Shown: positions 8,661 through 18,718, counted from the stretch's first letter. The stretch: 64,000 bases of DNA from Elusimicrobia bacterium RIFOXYA12_FULL_51_18 (GCA_001800245.1 MGVA01000043.1:29098-93097); one strand, 5' to 3'. Notes: generated by a model not told the origin, from the sequence alone. Translations and numbers: made by a program.

Positions 8661-11171
8661 CTAAAACAAGTTGCCGAGAGTGAAATAAATATCGGACAAC
8701 TGTTCCCCCGGTTTATGGTTGAAGCCATAGCCCCAATCCAGCCGGATCGGGAAAGCCGGGGTTGTGAACCGTATCCCGAATCCCGCGCCCATCTTCAGGT
8801 CGTTCACCCCGGTGCCTGAGCGCAGGCTCACATCGTTGAAATGTTCCCAGGAGTTGCCAATATCCAGGAAGAAGCCCCATTGCACTATGGTGCGCTTTTT
8901 CTCCCTGGCCAGCGGGAAATGAAATTCCAGGTTCAGGATATCGGAGACGTTTCCGCCGTTCAGGGGGCCTATCTGGCCGTTGTTATTATAGCCGCGGATA
9001 GTGTCTGCGCCGCCGAGGAAAAATCTTTCGTAAACCGGCAGTTTGGAAGTTCTGCCGAATCCCGCGCCATAACTGAGCTTGTTAGATACCGCCAGCACGA
9101 AAGGATAGTCCTCTATGGAAAAAAGTTTCAGGTTATAGCTGTGGGCGAAGGTGGGCTTATAGTAATTGACGTCGCCCATGAGGGGGCCGCCGGTCAAGTC
9201 CACGCCGATGGAAGACCTGGACCCCCGGACAGGGTCCCAAACATTATCGCGGGTGTCGCGCGCTAATTCCATGTAGACGGAGGAGGTGACGCTTGTTCCG
9301 GGAGAAAGCTCATTGATGTAGATCGTGTCCACTCCGGAGATCCTCACTTTTTCGCGGGTATATGAAATAGTGAGATGGTACTTATCATCCTCGAAGCGCG
9401 GTCCCACGGTCACCTTGCCGCCCGCGCGCTGTTCGGTATAGGCCGATAACGAATCCCGGTAAGGTTTGAAGCGGCGGGTGTTGAAGATATCCAGCCCCAG
9501 TGTGGTCGGATGGGTCCCGATCCAGGGCATAGACCAGCTTACGTAATAATCCTGCACCCTTTTACCGAAATTCCAGGACAGAGAAGTCCTGTATGCCCGG
9601 CCTAAAAGGTTCAAGTGTTGGAGCGAAAGGGTTCCAACCAGACCGTCACGGGAGGAAATGCCGGCTCCGGCGGTGAGCGAGCCGGGCTTGCCTTCCGTCA
9701 CGTCAAATACCAGGTCCACCTTGTCCGGGTCCGCAGTGGGATTGATGACTATTCCTACGTCGTCCAGGAAATTAAGATTGAATAATTTTTCCTGGCTGCG
9801 CCGGATCTTGCCCGAACTGAAAACCTGGCCCTCTTTTTGCACGATTTCACGCTTGAGCACGTAGGTCTTGGTGACTTTGTTTCCCTCCACGTCTATGTTG
9901 CCGACATAAATGGGGTTGTTTTCCGTGATGTTGAAATTAATGTCCAGTCCGCCGGTCGCCGCGTTCGGGACCTTGTCGGGCTGGAGAAGCGCCTTCAGAT
10001 ATCCCTTGTCCGCGTATTTGTCCTGCAGGGCTTTTATGGTGTCGTCGAATTTTTCCTGGTTAAAGAGTTTCCCCTGCCGGTATTCCACCAGCGCCGTCAG
10101 ATCCCTGGAGGTATAGACGGTGTTGCCGGAGAACGTGGTCGCCCCGAACCTGTGGAGGGGGCCCTCGGTGAGGACCGCTTTTATGAAAACCTTGCTCTTG
10201 TCCTCGTTGAAGGTGACCGAGGAATTTTCAAGCTTAAACTCGCTGTACCCGTTATTTTTATAGAAAGTTTCCAACCCCCTTAAATCGTTGTCCAGGTCCT
10301 GGGGCGAGTAGATCTTGTTGGGCCGGTTCTTCATTTTTTTGACCAGTTTTTTGGTCTTGAAGCCTTTCGCGCCCTCCAGGGTAACTTCCGTGATCTTGGC
10401 TTTTTTACCTTCGACGACGTTGATGGTCAGGTAGCAGGTGTGGGCCGCCGTATCGTAGCGGACCTCGTAGTCGGTTTTAGCCTCAATATAGCCTTTCTCA
10501 TGGTATTTATCGGTGATCTTAATGAGATCCTCGCGGATCTTAAGTTCGTCGAAAAAGTCTTTTTCCTTGAGGGCCATCTCGTCCCTGACCGTGCCTTTCG
10601 AGAGTTGCTTGTGCCCCGTGATCTTCACCTCCCTGATCATAAATTTTTCGGAAACGATATAGGTGACGGTCGCGGCATTTGAGGAGCTTGTTATGTCGCG
10701 GAATTTAGGCGCCACAGGTTTACCGTTCATTTCCTCGATATCAACAGAAACTTTCTCCAGGCTGCCCAGACCTAATACGGCCTCAATATCGGAATTTACG
10801 AAGTCCTGATAGTAAAGTTTGCCCTTTTTGGCGTGCCCCGTCTTGGCGATAACTTTGGTCTTGACGTTAATATTCCCTTTGACCGCCACGGCGCCCACTT
10901 CCCACGGACCTTTTCCAGGGCCGGCGGACGGTTCCGCTTGGCCGGAAGTTTCGCTTATGCCGGGCAGCTTTGCGATATCCGTAGAGGCTGGCACGGCCGG
11001 GGTTATTTTAAAGGTGTCGGTGGAGACCGGTGTCTGAGGCTTCTCGCCAAAGCCGGGCACCTGGCCATTCATCCATTTGGAAGGTTCCGGGAAGCCGCCG
11101 GAGTCGGACTGGCTCATGACCGGGAGAGTAAGGTTGCTGAGAAGAAGCAGTATCAAGGAGGTTATTTTCAT
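8661..11171 (-). CDS. bamA: outer membrane protein assembly factor BamA (Omp85 family)
   Basis: 836 aa with a signal peptide and repeated POTRA-like modules. The C-terminal beta-barrel carries the loop-6 motif GGADTIRGY and ends ...YFTLGNLF with a terminal aromatic residue. Confidence 0.9.
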   Translation of the reverse strand: MKITSLILLLLSNLTLPVMSQSDSGGFPEPSKWMNGQVPGFGEKPQTPVSTDTFKITPAVPASTDIAKLPGISETSGQAEPSAGPGKGPWEVGAVAVKGNINVKTKVIAKTGHAKKGKLYYQDFVNSDIEAVLGLGSLEKVSVDIEEMNGKPVAPKFRDITSSSNAATVTYIVSEKFMIREVKITGHKQLSKGTVRDEMALKEKDFFDELKIREDLIKITDKYHEKGYIEAKTDYEVRYDTAAHTCYLTINVVEGKKAKITEVTLEGAKGFKTKKLVKKMKNRPNKIYSPQDLDNDLRGLETFYKNNGYSEFKLENSSVTFNEDKSKVFIKAVLTEGPLHRFGATTFSGNTVYTSRDLTALVEYRQGKLFNQEKFDDTIKALQDKYADKGYLKALLQPDKVPNAATGGLDINFNITENNPIYVGNIDVEGNKVTKTYVLKREIVQKEGQVFSSGKIRRSQEKLFNLNFLDDVGIVINPTADPDKVDLVFDVTEGKPGSLTAGAGISSRDGLVGTLSLQHLNLLGRAYRTSLSWNFGKRVQDYYVSWSMPWIGTHPTTLGLDIFNTRRFKPYRDSLSAYTEQRAGGKVTVGPRFEDDKYHLTISYTREKVRISGVDTIYINELSPGTSVTSSVYMELARDTRDNVWDPVRGSRSSIGVDLTGGPLMGDVNYYKPTFAHSYNLKLFSIEDYPFVLAVSNKLSYGAGFGRTSKLPVYERFFLGGADTIRGYNNNGQIGPLNGGNVSDILNLEFHFPLAREKKRTIVQWGFFLDIGNSWEHFNDVSLRSGTGVNDLKMGAGFGIRFTTPAFPIRLDWGYGFNHKPGEQLSDIYFTLGNLF

Positions 11172-11251
11172 CGGATTATATACCCGGACATTTGTGCTAT
11201 CTTACCACTTTTGGACGTGGATTTGTAAATTTCTTGGTTCCGGCGGATTTA

Positions 11252-11260
11252 TGCTAGAAT
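11252..11260 (+). promoter_or_regulatory. candidate extended -10 promoter element (TGcTAGAAT) for the PhoH-like gene
   Basis: tgctagaat lies ~90 nt upstream of ATG 11351 in the divergent bamA/phoH spacer. A weak -35-like ttggtt sits at 11234-11239 with only a 15-nt spacer. This rests on a hexamer match only. Confidence 0.25.
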
Positions 11261-11350
11261 AAATCTGCCTTAAATCCGGGAAGCGGCGGTATGCGTCCCA
11301 AAGAGACGTGATCCTGCGGACATTTAAAGAAACAGGAGATTTAACAAGAA

Positions 11351-12652
11351 ATGAAAAAGATTTACATTCTTGACACCAACGTGCTTATCCATGATCCGAT
11401 GTCCTTCACTAAATTCGAGGACAATTCCGTGGTGATCCCGATTTCCGTCATAGAAGAGCTGGATACCTTTAAATCCGTGGCTGATGAACGCGGCAAAGCC
11501 GCCAGGATAGTTTCCAGGAAGCTGGATGATTTCCGCAAATTCGGCAAACTCAATGCCGGCGTGAAAATGGAGAACGGCGGCATGCTCATCGTGGACCTGG
11601 ACCATGAGCAGGTTCTGCCAAAAGAATTCCTGCTTGGGAATATGGATAACCGGATACTGAACAGCGCCCTCTGGTTCAAGAAAAAAAAGAATAACGCCGT
11701 TCTGGTCACCAAGGACATTAACCTCCGCCTAAAAGCCGAGGCCGTAGGCATCAACTCCGAGGATTATGAGGCCGGCAAGGTTAAGGTGGACGAGATCTAT
11801 CCCGGCCTGGTCACCATAGAGAAGACCGCCGATTTTGTGGATAAGTTTTACAAGGAAAAGTCGGCTAAAAACACCGACCCGGACCTGGTAGCCAACGAAT
11901 TCGTCATCTTCAAGGCCAAGGAAGACCCGAAGAAGAGCGCCATGGGCCGCGTGTCACCCTCCGATACGTCGGTGATAAAAATGCTGAGCCCCGAGAGTTC
12001 GCCCTGGGGCATCCGGCCGCTCAATAAGGAGCAGCGCTGCGCCATGGACCTGCTGCTTGACGAGAACGTCAAACTGGTCACCATGATCGGTTCGGCCGGC
12101 ACCGGCAAGACCCTTATGTCGCTGGCGTGCGGGCTGCAGAAAGCTGTGGAGGAAAGCGTTTACCGGCGCCTCATCATCTGCCGCCCCATAGTTCCCGTGG
12201 GCAAGGATATCGGTTTCATTCCCGGCACAAAGGAAGAAAAACTTTCCACCTGGATGGGCGCCATCTACGACAACCTGGAATTTATAATGGATAAGCGCCA
12301 CCAGGACGACGCTATGCAGAAATTCGAGTACCTTCTGCAGAACGGCAAGATAGAGATCGCTTCCGTCACTCACATCCGCGGCCGCTCGCTCCCTAAACAA
12401 TATATGATCGTGGACGACGCGCAAAACCTGACCCCTCATGAGATAAAGACCATCCTTTCACGCGCGGGAGAGGGGACTAAAGTCGTGGTCACGGGAGACC
12501 CCTATCAGATAGACAACCCCTACCTGGATATTGCTTCCAACGGCCTCATGTATATCGTGGACCGGTTCAAGGGGCAGAAACTTTACGGACACCTGACGTT
12601 CACCAAGACCGAGCGCAGCGAACTGGCCGGCCTTGTCGCCGAATTGATGTAG
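11351..12652 (+). CDS. PhoH-like ATPase with N-terminal PIN domain (YlaK-type)
   Basis: 433 aa. The PIN-like start is KIYILDTNVLIHDP. The Walker A is GSAGTGKTLMSLA. DDAQNL and the C-terminal PhoH-like blocks (VVVTGDPYQID) are present. Confidence 0.85.
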   Translation: MKKIYILDTNVLIHDPMSFTKFEDNSVVIPISVIEELDTFKSVADERGKAARIVSRKLDDFRKFGKLNAGVKMENGGMLIVDLDHEQVLPKEFLLGNMDNRILNSALWFKKKKNNAVLVTKDINLRLKAEAVGINSEDYEAGKVKVDEIYPGLVTIEKTADFVDKFYKEKSAKNTDPDLVANEFVIFKAKEDPKKSAMGRVSPSDTSVIKMLSPESSPWGIRPLNKEQRCAMDLLLDENVKLVTMIGSAGTGKTLMSLACGLQKAVEESVYRRLIICRPIVPVGKDIGFIPGTKEEKLSTWMGAIYDNLEFIMDKRHQDDAMQKFEYLLQNGKIEIASVTHIRGRSLPKQYMIVDDAQNLTPHEIKTILSRAGEGTKVVVTGDPYQIDNPYLDIASNGLMYIVDRFKGQKLYGHLTFTKTERSELAGLVAELM

Positions 12653-12922
12653 CCTTGCCCCGGTTCTCATAACCCGTTTCAAAGCGGGACCCCTTCCGGT
12701 GGAATTCTCCTACAGGCGGACACCGCACTGCGGTTTCCCTTACCTATGGCCGTCAGACGGCTGAAGGACACCTGTCGCAAAGCGGCCACTGAACTCTGCG
12801 AAGGAGGGAAATGTAACTTTGTTTTCCAGTTAAGCTAAACGCAAGGCTATATAGTGAGATATACGCTGAAAGAAGTATGCCGCGAACGTTGGAGCCTGCG
12901 CACGGATTGTATATTCAGCGCA

Positions 12923-14665
12923 CTACTTTATCAGATGAGGTCTGCTAAGCAATATTATCTTCCCGGTGAGCAGGCTCAGTCTTAATCGGTCTCCTGTGCG
13001 TATTCTGGAGATATTGTTGGTCTCTACCAGCAGTGGTACACCGAACTCGGCGCAGATGGCGGCGGCGTGGGAGCCTATAGTGCCGCGGCTTATTGCCACT
13101 GCGGCCACCCGCCCTATGCGGCTGAGGAAGCTGGGTTCAAAATCCGCGGCCGCATATATGAATTTGCGCGGACACTGGCGCAGTATGTCTCTATCCGTCA
13201 CTGCCAGGCCATCAATCGTTCTGTTCTCTCGTCGTGTAGGGATACCCTTTATTGCGTAGCCCCCTCCGTGAGCAGGGCGCAGGCTCGCCGCCACTGATCG
13301 TTGTTTGCCGAGTTGCGCCAATTGTGTCAATAGGCCCTTTTCCAAAGCGCGCGCGTAAGCTGTTTTTTTGCCGGCGCGCAGTTTTTTAAAGACGGCCCGC
13401 AGCAGGTCCTTTTCCCGATCCAGCCGTTCGCACATGGCGGCAGCTCCTTCAGGGGTGAGCCTGCGGCGTATATAGGCGGCCTCGCAGCCGGTCATGCTGG
13501 AAAGGACGAATGAGAACGGGACCGTTCCCCTGCCGCCGCCAAGCGTCACCCTCTTCACCCTATTGCCGGGCAAGGCCGCGCGGAAAATAAAAAGCAGGCC
13601 TTGTCTGGCCAATGCGAACAGCGTTTTCTGGGCCTTGGCATTGGATTTCGGGGGGAAGAGAGTCTGATCGCCCAGGTGTCGTACCGTTATCCATTTAAGT
13701 CGCTGCGCCCTCCTTAGACCGGCAGGTCTCAGATTGATAACGAAATGCTCCAAGGTCTCGCTTTCGGGGCGGCTGAGCCGCAGGTAGTTGTAGGCCAGCA
13801 GGGCCGGGATCTCGCTCAGTGCCCATTCCCCGTTGCTGAAACCGAGTCCGCGCATCAGGTCTCGTATGGATGCGAAGATCATATCGAAATCGATCATGCC
13901 GGCTCCGGACACGGTGCCGAAGACCCTGGCCTGCAGTATGACCGGATGTCCGCCGCACAGAGCCATTTCCACGGAAATATTGCTTGAGGGGTACAGTGTG
14001 CGCTGTATTTTTGCCGCCGAAGCGGCGGCGGCCAGTGCGTCCTTCCACGGGAAGTCGGGGACTAAGCGGCCTTGCGGCCTGCCTTCCGGGCTGAAGACCG
14101 CCCTCCAACGCGCTCCGGCGCCTGAAGTTATCGAGGCCGCGCCGCCGCGTGCCAGTTCCACTACCAGTTCCTGTTTATGATAAAGCGTGCATACGGCGCC
14201 AAATTCCGCCTTAATTAACGGCTGTATGAGCAGCGCCATGTCGCCGCACGCCGGACGGGGGCCGCCGAGGCCCTTCCGGGCGAGGGCGTTCCCGTAGGCT
14301 TTCGCCGCCGCACCCCTGGCGGAAGCGGCGCATTGGATTGTGGCCGTAGCCAGCTCCCTGAGGTTCCGCGCCGTTTTGGACAGGTATATCCCCGGTGCGG
14401 CGGCACCCGGCAGGTCTTCGCGGGTCGCCGAACTGCGCACGATTACGGGGAAACTGCTTCCAAGAGTTCTGTCCGCCTCTGTCAGGAAGATGCCGGCGGT
14501 CTTAAGGGCATCCCTGCCGCTGAAAAGCATTTCCACATCGGAGGGGAGAACCACCCAGGAGCTGGGCACGGCGAAGCCGGCGGCATGTAGTGCCCTGATC
14601 CCTTCGGCTTTAGCGCCGGAACCGGTCGGTACCGGATTTTTAAGTATATCGCATAGGTAAGGCAT
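12923..14665 (-). CDS. PEP-utilising-enzyme family protein (PpsA/PPDK-like ATP-grasp N-domain plus swivelling His domain, no obvious TIM-barrel domain)
   Basis: 580 aa. The N-terminal GAKAEGIRALHAAGFAVPSSWVV is typical of the PEP/pyruvate-binding nucleotide domain. The C-terminal AISRGTIGSHAAAICAEFGVPLLV is the mobile phospho-His domain motif. Confidence 0.7.
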   Translation of the reverse strand: MPYLCDILKNPVPTGSGAKAEGIRALHAAGFAVPSSWVVLPSDVEMLFSGRDALKTAGIFLTEADRTLGSSFPVIVRSSATREDLPGAAAPGIYLSKTARNLRELATATIQCAASARGAAAKAYGNALARKGLGGPRPACGDMALLIQPLIKAEFGAVCTLYHKQELVVELARGGAASITSGAGARWRAVFSPEGRPQGRLVPDFPWKDALAAAASAAKIQRTLYPSSNISVEMALCGGHPVILQARVFGTVSGAGMIDFDMIFASIRDLMRGLGFSNGEWALSEIPALLAYNYLRLSRPESETLEHFVINLRPAGLRRAQRLKWITVRHLGDQTLFPPKSNAKAQKTLFALARQGLLFIFRAALPGNRVKRVTLGGGRGTVPFSFVLSSMTGCEAAYIRRRLTPEGAAAMCERLDREKDLLRAVFKKLRAGKKTAYARALEKGLLTQLAQLGKQRSVAASLRPAHGGGYAIKGIPTRRENRTIDGLAVTDRDILRQCPRKFIYAAADFEPSFLSRIGRVAAVAISRGTIGSHAAAICAEFGVPLLVETNNISRIRTGDRLRLSLLTGKIILLSRPHLIK

Positions 14666-15151
14666 ATTGATCCTTAAAAAATGTTCCCGGCTCCAATCCG
14701 ACTTAATGATCCAGGGGCAGGGCGCTCTGGGCGCAAAGGGGGTTCCTTCTCAAGGCATAAGCCATCACGCGAACCGCGCCGGATCTCCCGGCTGCCCCAC
14801 TATCATTTGTGGCAGCGCATAGCGCCTATCGGGATTTTATGCAGGTCCTCTACACCGCCCGCAGGAGCCGTAGGTTTAGTTGAGCCTGGCCGAGCGCAGG
14901 GGGTGGGTTCACCGGATGGTATATCTTTTCAAGGCGCTTGGTCCGGTTGATGATAGAGATTCCCAGCCCGGCTGTACTGATGGCGTTCATGGCTGCAGGC
15001 AATCGGCCATCCACATGAGGCAGACACAAACACTGTATTATAGCGATAGTAGTTTGCTTTTGCAATCTTCATAACCGGAACGATTCCAAATCCCAATGCG
15101 TCAAATCATCGGCCAAAAGGCGCGCCAACATGATCGGCTCGCTCTCGGAAA

Positions 15152-15976
15152 TTACGGGAAAGGCGCGTAAACCAAGCGGTCCACGTTTATCGTTAGCAGG
15201 TCTTTTTCTGAGGCGTAGAATTTGTCGGGGAACTCAAGGAAGATAGTGTTGCCGCGGACCAGCAGTTTTTCCCTTATCGAAGGATGGGTTATCTCAAAGG
15301 AACTGATGAGGCATTCCCGTGCGCAAGTCACCCCGAGTGCCGATCCTTCCGGCGGCACATCGCGCATCCCGACCAGGCATGTGCGCGTGTTGGTCAGGTC
15401 CAGGTATGGGTAGTAAAGGGTTATCTTGAAGGTTCGCCGGTTGAACCCGTAAAACCTGCCACTGGCAAAATTAACCTTGGGGAAGATCCCGATAGTCGAT
15501 AATTCATAGCGTGTTATCCCGAGTTTGCTAAAAAATTCCAGAACCCTTCCATTGTGTACTTTAAAGCCATCCACGGCATCGTCAAAAACATTATTGCGGA
15601 GCAGCCGCCCGGCATTCAGCTTGAATGGCAGCCGGTTCCGTTTCGCCAGCTCAATGGCACCGAAGTCGTTTACGGTGATTTCGAGCCCCGCCGGATCTAT
15701 CTTTCCGCCCTTCACCAGCTTTAAAAGTCTTTTAAAAAGAGAGTTCAGCAATCTCGCGCCTTTTTCGCTCAGCAGCGGAGTCAGCAGGCAGATCTTTTTG
15801 CCTTGTCCCTGCAGCCAAGCGATTTCCGCGCAGACTGAGCCGTCAAGCAGGTTTTCGCAGAATTCAGGGCCCAGGTAAAATCGGGTAAATCCCCGCATCG
15901 CGGCTTCCAGCCCGCCGGATTTTTTGAGATCTGCGAGTGTCATCGTCCCGAGCCGTATTCCTTTTTCTATAGCCAT
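15152..15976 (-). CDS. U32-family protein, UbiV-like small subunit
   Basis: 274 aa. FYLGPEFCENLL, ICLLTPLLSE and VNDFGAIELAK parallel the YLGEAVC / VLSTLAL / SDLGVV blocks of E. coli UbiV as I remember them. It is paralogous to 48063-48881 and 49773-50660. Confidence 0.55.
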   Translation of the reverse strand: MAIEKGIRLGTMTLADLKKSGGLEAAMRGFTRFYLGPEFCENLLDGSVCAEIAWLQGQGKKICLLTPLLSEKGARLLNSLFKRLLKLVKGGKIDPAGLEITVNDFGAIELAKRNRLPFKLNAGRLLRNNVFDDAVDGFKVHNGRVLEFFSKLGITRYELSTIGIFPKVNFASGRFYGFNRRTFKITLYYPYLDLTNTRTCLVGMRDVPPEGSALGVTCARECLISSFEITHPSIREKLLVRGNTIFLEFPDKFYASEKDLLTINVDRLVYAPFP

Positions 15977-15978
15977 GG

Positions 15979-16926
15979 TTAAAAGCCGTCCTTGTTCCAG
16001 TGGGCCAGCTCTAGTATAAAAGCCTGGCTGGCTTTTGTCCGTGGCCTTGAGGAGGAAAGCTTTTCCGCCAAGCCTATCATGGCACGCAATTCGCCGACCT
16101 TTTTAACTTTCACTTCCTGTCTGTCGGAGCGCGTGCCATATTTCAGATACTGCACACCCGAAGCAAAGAAATCGAAAAAAGTCGCGGCATTTGAAAGTCT
16201 GGGAGAGCCTCTGCGGGTAAATCTGTTTTCAATTCGATTTATGATGCCGGGGAGTTCTCCAGCGCGGTTTGGTATGTCTAGGTTCCGGAGCTTTATCAGC
16301 CCGCCTGGTTTTGCGTTTATGTGGCAAAGACTGTCGTTGAGCATGGCCGATTTTAAAGTGAAATGGATGGGATGGTGCAGCTGGCAGCGACCGTTAACGT
16401 AGGCGCAGCCGAAAAATCGGTAATCGAAAATCTCGGTTTCAATGCTCCGTGTCCGGCAGAAGTAGAGGATTTTGCGTGCTTCATGCGATGAGATCTGGTT
16501 GGGGAGAATGATTCTGGAGATGTTGAAGCGCTGAAAAAAAGCCGCGCTCAGGCTGTTGAAGACCGGCTGTACCGAACTCAAGTGGAGTTCCGCGCGCAGG
16601 CGCTTCCTACCACCCGAGAATAATTCCAGCAGATATGGGTTTGAAAAAATAAAAGCGTCCACTCCCAGCTTATCCAGATCCCTTATCCGTCCAGTGATAG
16701 CGCCAAGCTGTTTGTCCGTAGCAGTGGCGTGGAGGTCATTGACCGCGAGCGATATTTTTTTCCCAAGCGCCTTGGTTTTTATTATGGCCGCCGCCAGATC
16801 CGTGCTGGGCAGATTTTTACTCCCGAAGGCCGGGAGCTCTCCGACCGCGGTGTAAAACTCATCTGCGCCGGCCTCTGCCAAAGGTTCCAGCTCTTTCAGA
16901 TCGGTAAAACATGAAACTATTTTCAT
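15979..16926 (-). CDS. U32-family protein, UbiU-like large subunit
   Basis: ORF 15979-17130 trimmed to ATG 16926 (MKIVSCFTDLKELEPLAEAGADEFYTAV...). This removes the overlap with the upstream rSAM gene and aligns with the MRITVGVKSLKEADYFLHNGADEI starts of 47222 and 48953. The Cys-rich motif is EIFDYRFFGCAYVNGRCQLHH. Confidence 0.55.
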   Translation of the reverse strand: MKIVSCFTDLKELEPLAEAGADEFYTAVGELPAFGSKNLPSTDLAAAIIKTKALGKKISLAVNDLHATATDKQLGAITGRIRDLDKLGVDAFIFSNPYLLELFSGGRKRLRAELHLSSVQPVFNSLSAAFFQRFNISRIILPNQISSHEARKILYFCRTRSIETEIFDYRFFGCAYVNGRCQLHHPIHFTLKSAMLNDSLCHINAKPGGLIKLRNLDIPNRAGELPGIINRIENRFTRRGSPRLSNAATFFDFFASGVQYLKYGTRSDRQEVKVKKVGELRAMIGLAEKLSSSRPRTKASQAFILELAHWNKDGF

Positions 16927-17012
16927 TGCTTGTGTAAGCTCCGTATCCGTAGCCAGACTCATCAGATGGCTATGTGCTTTTCTTTGGAAAACCGGCCTAT
17001 TGTCCGTGTTCC

Positions 17013-17939
17013 TTAAAATGCTTCGGGCCTTATGCTTCCCAGCTTTTTGCCGGAAGAGATCAATTCTTTGTTCCCGTGGATCTTCAAGTAATCTGTTCTC
17101 GCGCCACAGCATGCCGGTTCTAGTGGGCAACGCCCGCAGGCCGGGTTTTCCGCTTTTTCCATTATGCCGGCTTCCAGGACCTGGTCTCCCCTGCGCCAGC
17201 GCTGGAATTCAAAGGAGAATCCTTCAAAATTACGCAGCCGGCATAAGGGGATGTTTTGTACTACGGCTTTCACGCCTTTAATTTTGAGCTTTGCGAGTGC
17301 TAGCTTCAGGAAAGGCTCCGCATCGCGGTAGCGCGGGACGATGTCTTTGCTGTCGTTGACCCGGCCCGAGTTGCGCACGAAAGTGAAGTTGACAAATGCC
17401 AGTCCCGGATGATTTCTGATTACCCAGTCAGCGAAAAGCGGCAGGCTGCGGTAGTTCCCCTTGAAGATTATGTGGAAGAGTCGAAGTTTATGTTCCGCGC
17501 CCAGTGTTTTCAGGTTTTCAAGCCCTTTCACGGCCGAGGTGAACTTGACGCTGCGTGTGGCCTTCATGTAGGTTTCAGGATCTGTGGCCGGGAAATTGAC
17601 CGTGAAATAATCCACGGCTTTCTCTACCCTGCGGCAAAATTTAGGGTCCGCCAGCGCCACGGCGTTGGTGGACAGCATGAAGTTTCTCACCCCGGCTGTT
17701 TTCAGTGCCGCTATCCAGTCAAAAAAATCTCTGCTGACGGTAGGTTCGCCAGCGCCCTCAAGGCTTACCGCTTTAATGCGCTTTTTCTTTATTGCGGCGG
17801 TGGTTTCCACTTTTGATGCGGGTGCGCCGGTCGGTGGGTTTTGGCAATAGACGCAATAAAGGTTGCAGGTGTGTGCCATCGGTACACACAACTGCTCGTT
17901 TATCCACTTTTGTTCTTTTTTTGCTTCCTCTGGCGCCAT
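17013..17939 (-). CDS. radical SAM protein (short-form family with C-terminal CxxC...C...Y...G tail)
   Basis: 308 aa with CNLYCVYC, a GAGEPT SAM strand, and the C-terminal CGRCPLEPACCGARTDYLKIHG shared with 23567, 25660, 29756 and 43980. Confidence 0.8.
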   Translation of the reverse strand: MAPEEAKKEQKWINEQLCVPMAHTCNLYCVYCQNPPTGAPASKVETTAAIKKKRIKAVSLEGAGEPTVSRDFFDWIAALKTAGVRNFMLSTNAVALADPKFCRRVEKAVDYFTVNFPATDPETYMKATRSVKFTSAVKGLENLKTLGAEHKLRLFHIIFKGNYRSLPLFADWVIRNHPGLAFVNFTFVRNSGRVNDSKDIVPRYRDAEPFLKLALAKLKIKGVKAVVQNIPLCRLRNFEGFSFEFQRWRRGDQVLEAGIMEKAENPACGRCPLEPACCGARTDYLKIHGNKELISSGKKLGSIRPEAF

Positions 17940-18145
17940 GGATCTATATTATCATTTTTCCCCTGTGCCGCTACCCGAATTGGGTGTTGGATGCGCGGGG
18001 TAAACGCTGATCGGCTAACGTGTTGTTGCGCCTATGAATCTGAATAGATCTTCGGGCCCAGGGTTATCTGGGCTTAAAGGCCTTGCCTTATGCTCTCTTA
18101 TAATCTTAAAATATTAAGTCACAAAATGCATGCCATGAATCAAGG

Positions 18146-18718
18146 ATGGAACTAATGTCTAAAGCAAAAGCGATGTTGTTGAACGCCATAATGGTTCTCT
18201 CGTTCGTTAATTTTGCGACCGCCGCCGGCCTTGGAAACAATCTGAAAACTGGTACCCCCGCCGCTGAACTGCTTGCGTCTCTGATGCCCTCCCTGGATTT
18301 CCTGGAAACTATTACGGTTCGGAAAGTGGAAGCCGCTCCGGCCATCTTTAAAAGTGACAAACTTATCGCGCCCGGCCGCGATCTCGCGCCGAAAGTAGAA
18401 GATCCCCTCCGCGTAAAAGCCATTCTTAAGCTGGTTGGAGATATTTATAACAGTGTTCATCTGCCCTATGCGCAGGATGGGGCAACTTTTAAGAATAAGG
18501 AGCGTAAGTTGCCCGTTCAGCCGATCGGTTTTTATAAAGAATACACGCTCCTCACAGGCGGCGCTCCTCATACGGTGGTTATTGACGGACAAACTTACCA
18601 GGTGGCTCCGGATCTGAGCGCCCGCGGTTCCGAGCGCTGTATTATAGGCGGCGGGACTAAATTGTATTACACCCCGGACCATTACGCGCATTTCATTGAA
18701 TTGACCGTGGTGCGGTGA
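18146..18718 (+). CDS. secreted guanyl-specific ribonuclease, barnase/RNase Sa (N1/T1) family
   Basis: 190 aa. The signal peptide is MLLNAIMVLSFVNFATAAG. The C-terminal catalytic domain is FYKEYTLL...RGSERCIIGGGTKLYYTPDHYAHF, which fits the YxEY...RG..R...YYT.DHY pattern of the family. Confidence 0.8.
   Translation: MELMSKAKAMLLNAIMVLSFVNFATAAGLGNNLKTGTPAAELLASLMPSLDFLETITVRKVEAAPAIFKSDKLIAPGRDLAPKVEDPLRVKAILKLVGDIYNSVHLPYAQDGATFKNKERKLPVQPIGFYKEYTLLTGGAPHTVVIDGQTYQVAPDLSARGSERCIIGGGTKLYYTPDHYAHFIELTVVR

Noticed and set aside
15979-17130. The full 383-aa version of the large U32-like ORF overlaps the upstream rSAM gene by 118 nt.
   Set aside because: The first 68 codons have no counterpart in the two paralogues (47222, 48953), which begin at the equivalent of MKIVSCF. 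I chose the internal ATG at 16926. The N-terminal extensions of ORFs 30403-31851, 3003-3920, 4813-5346, 20418-21200 and 40759-41544 were trimmed for the same reason.
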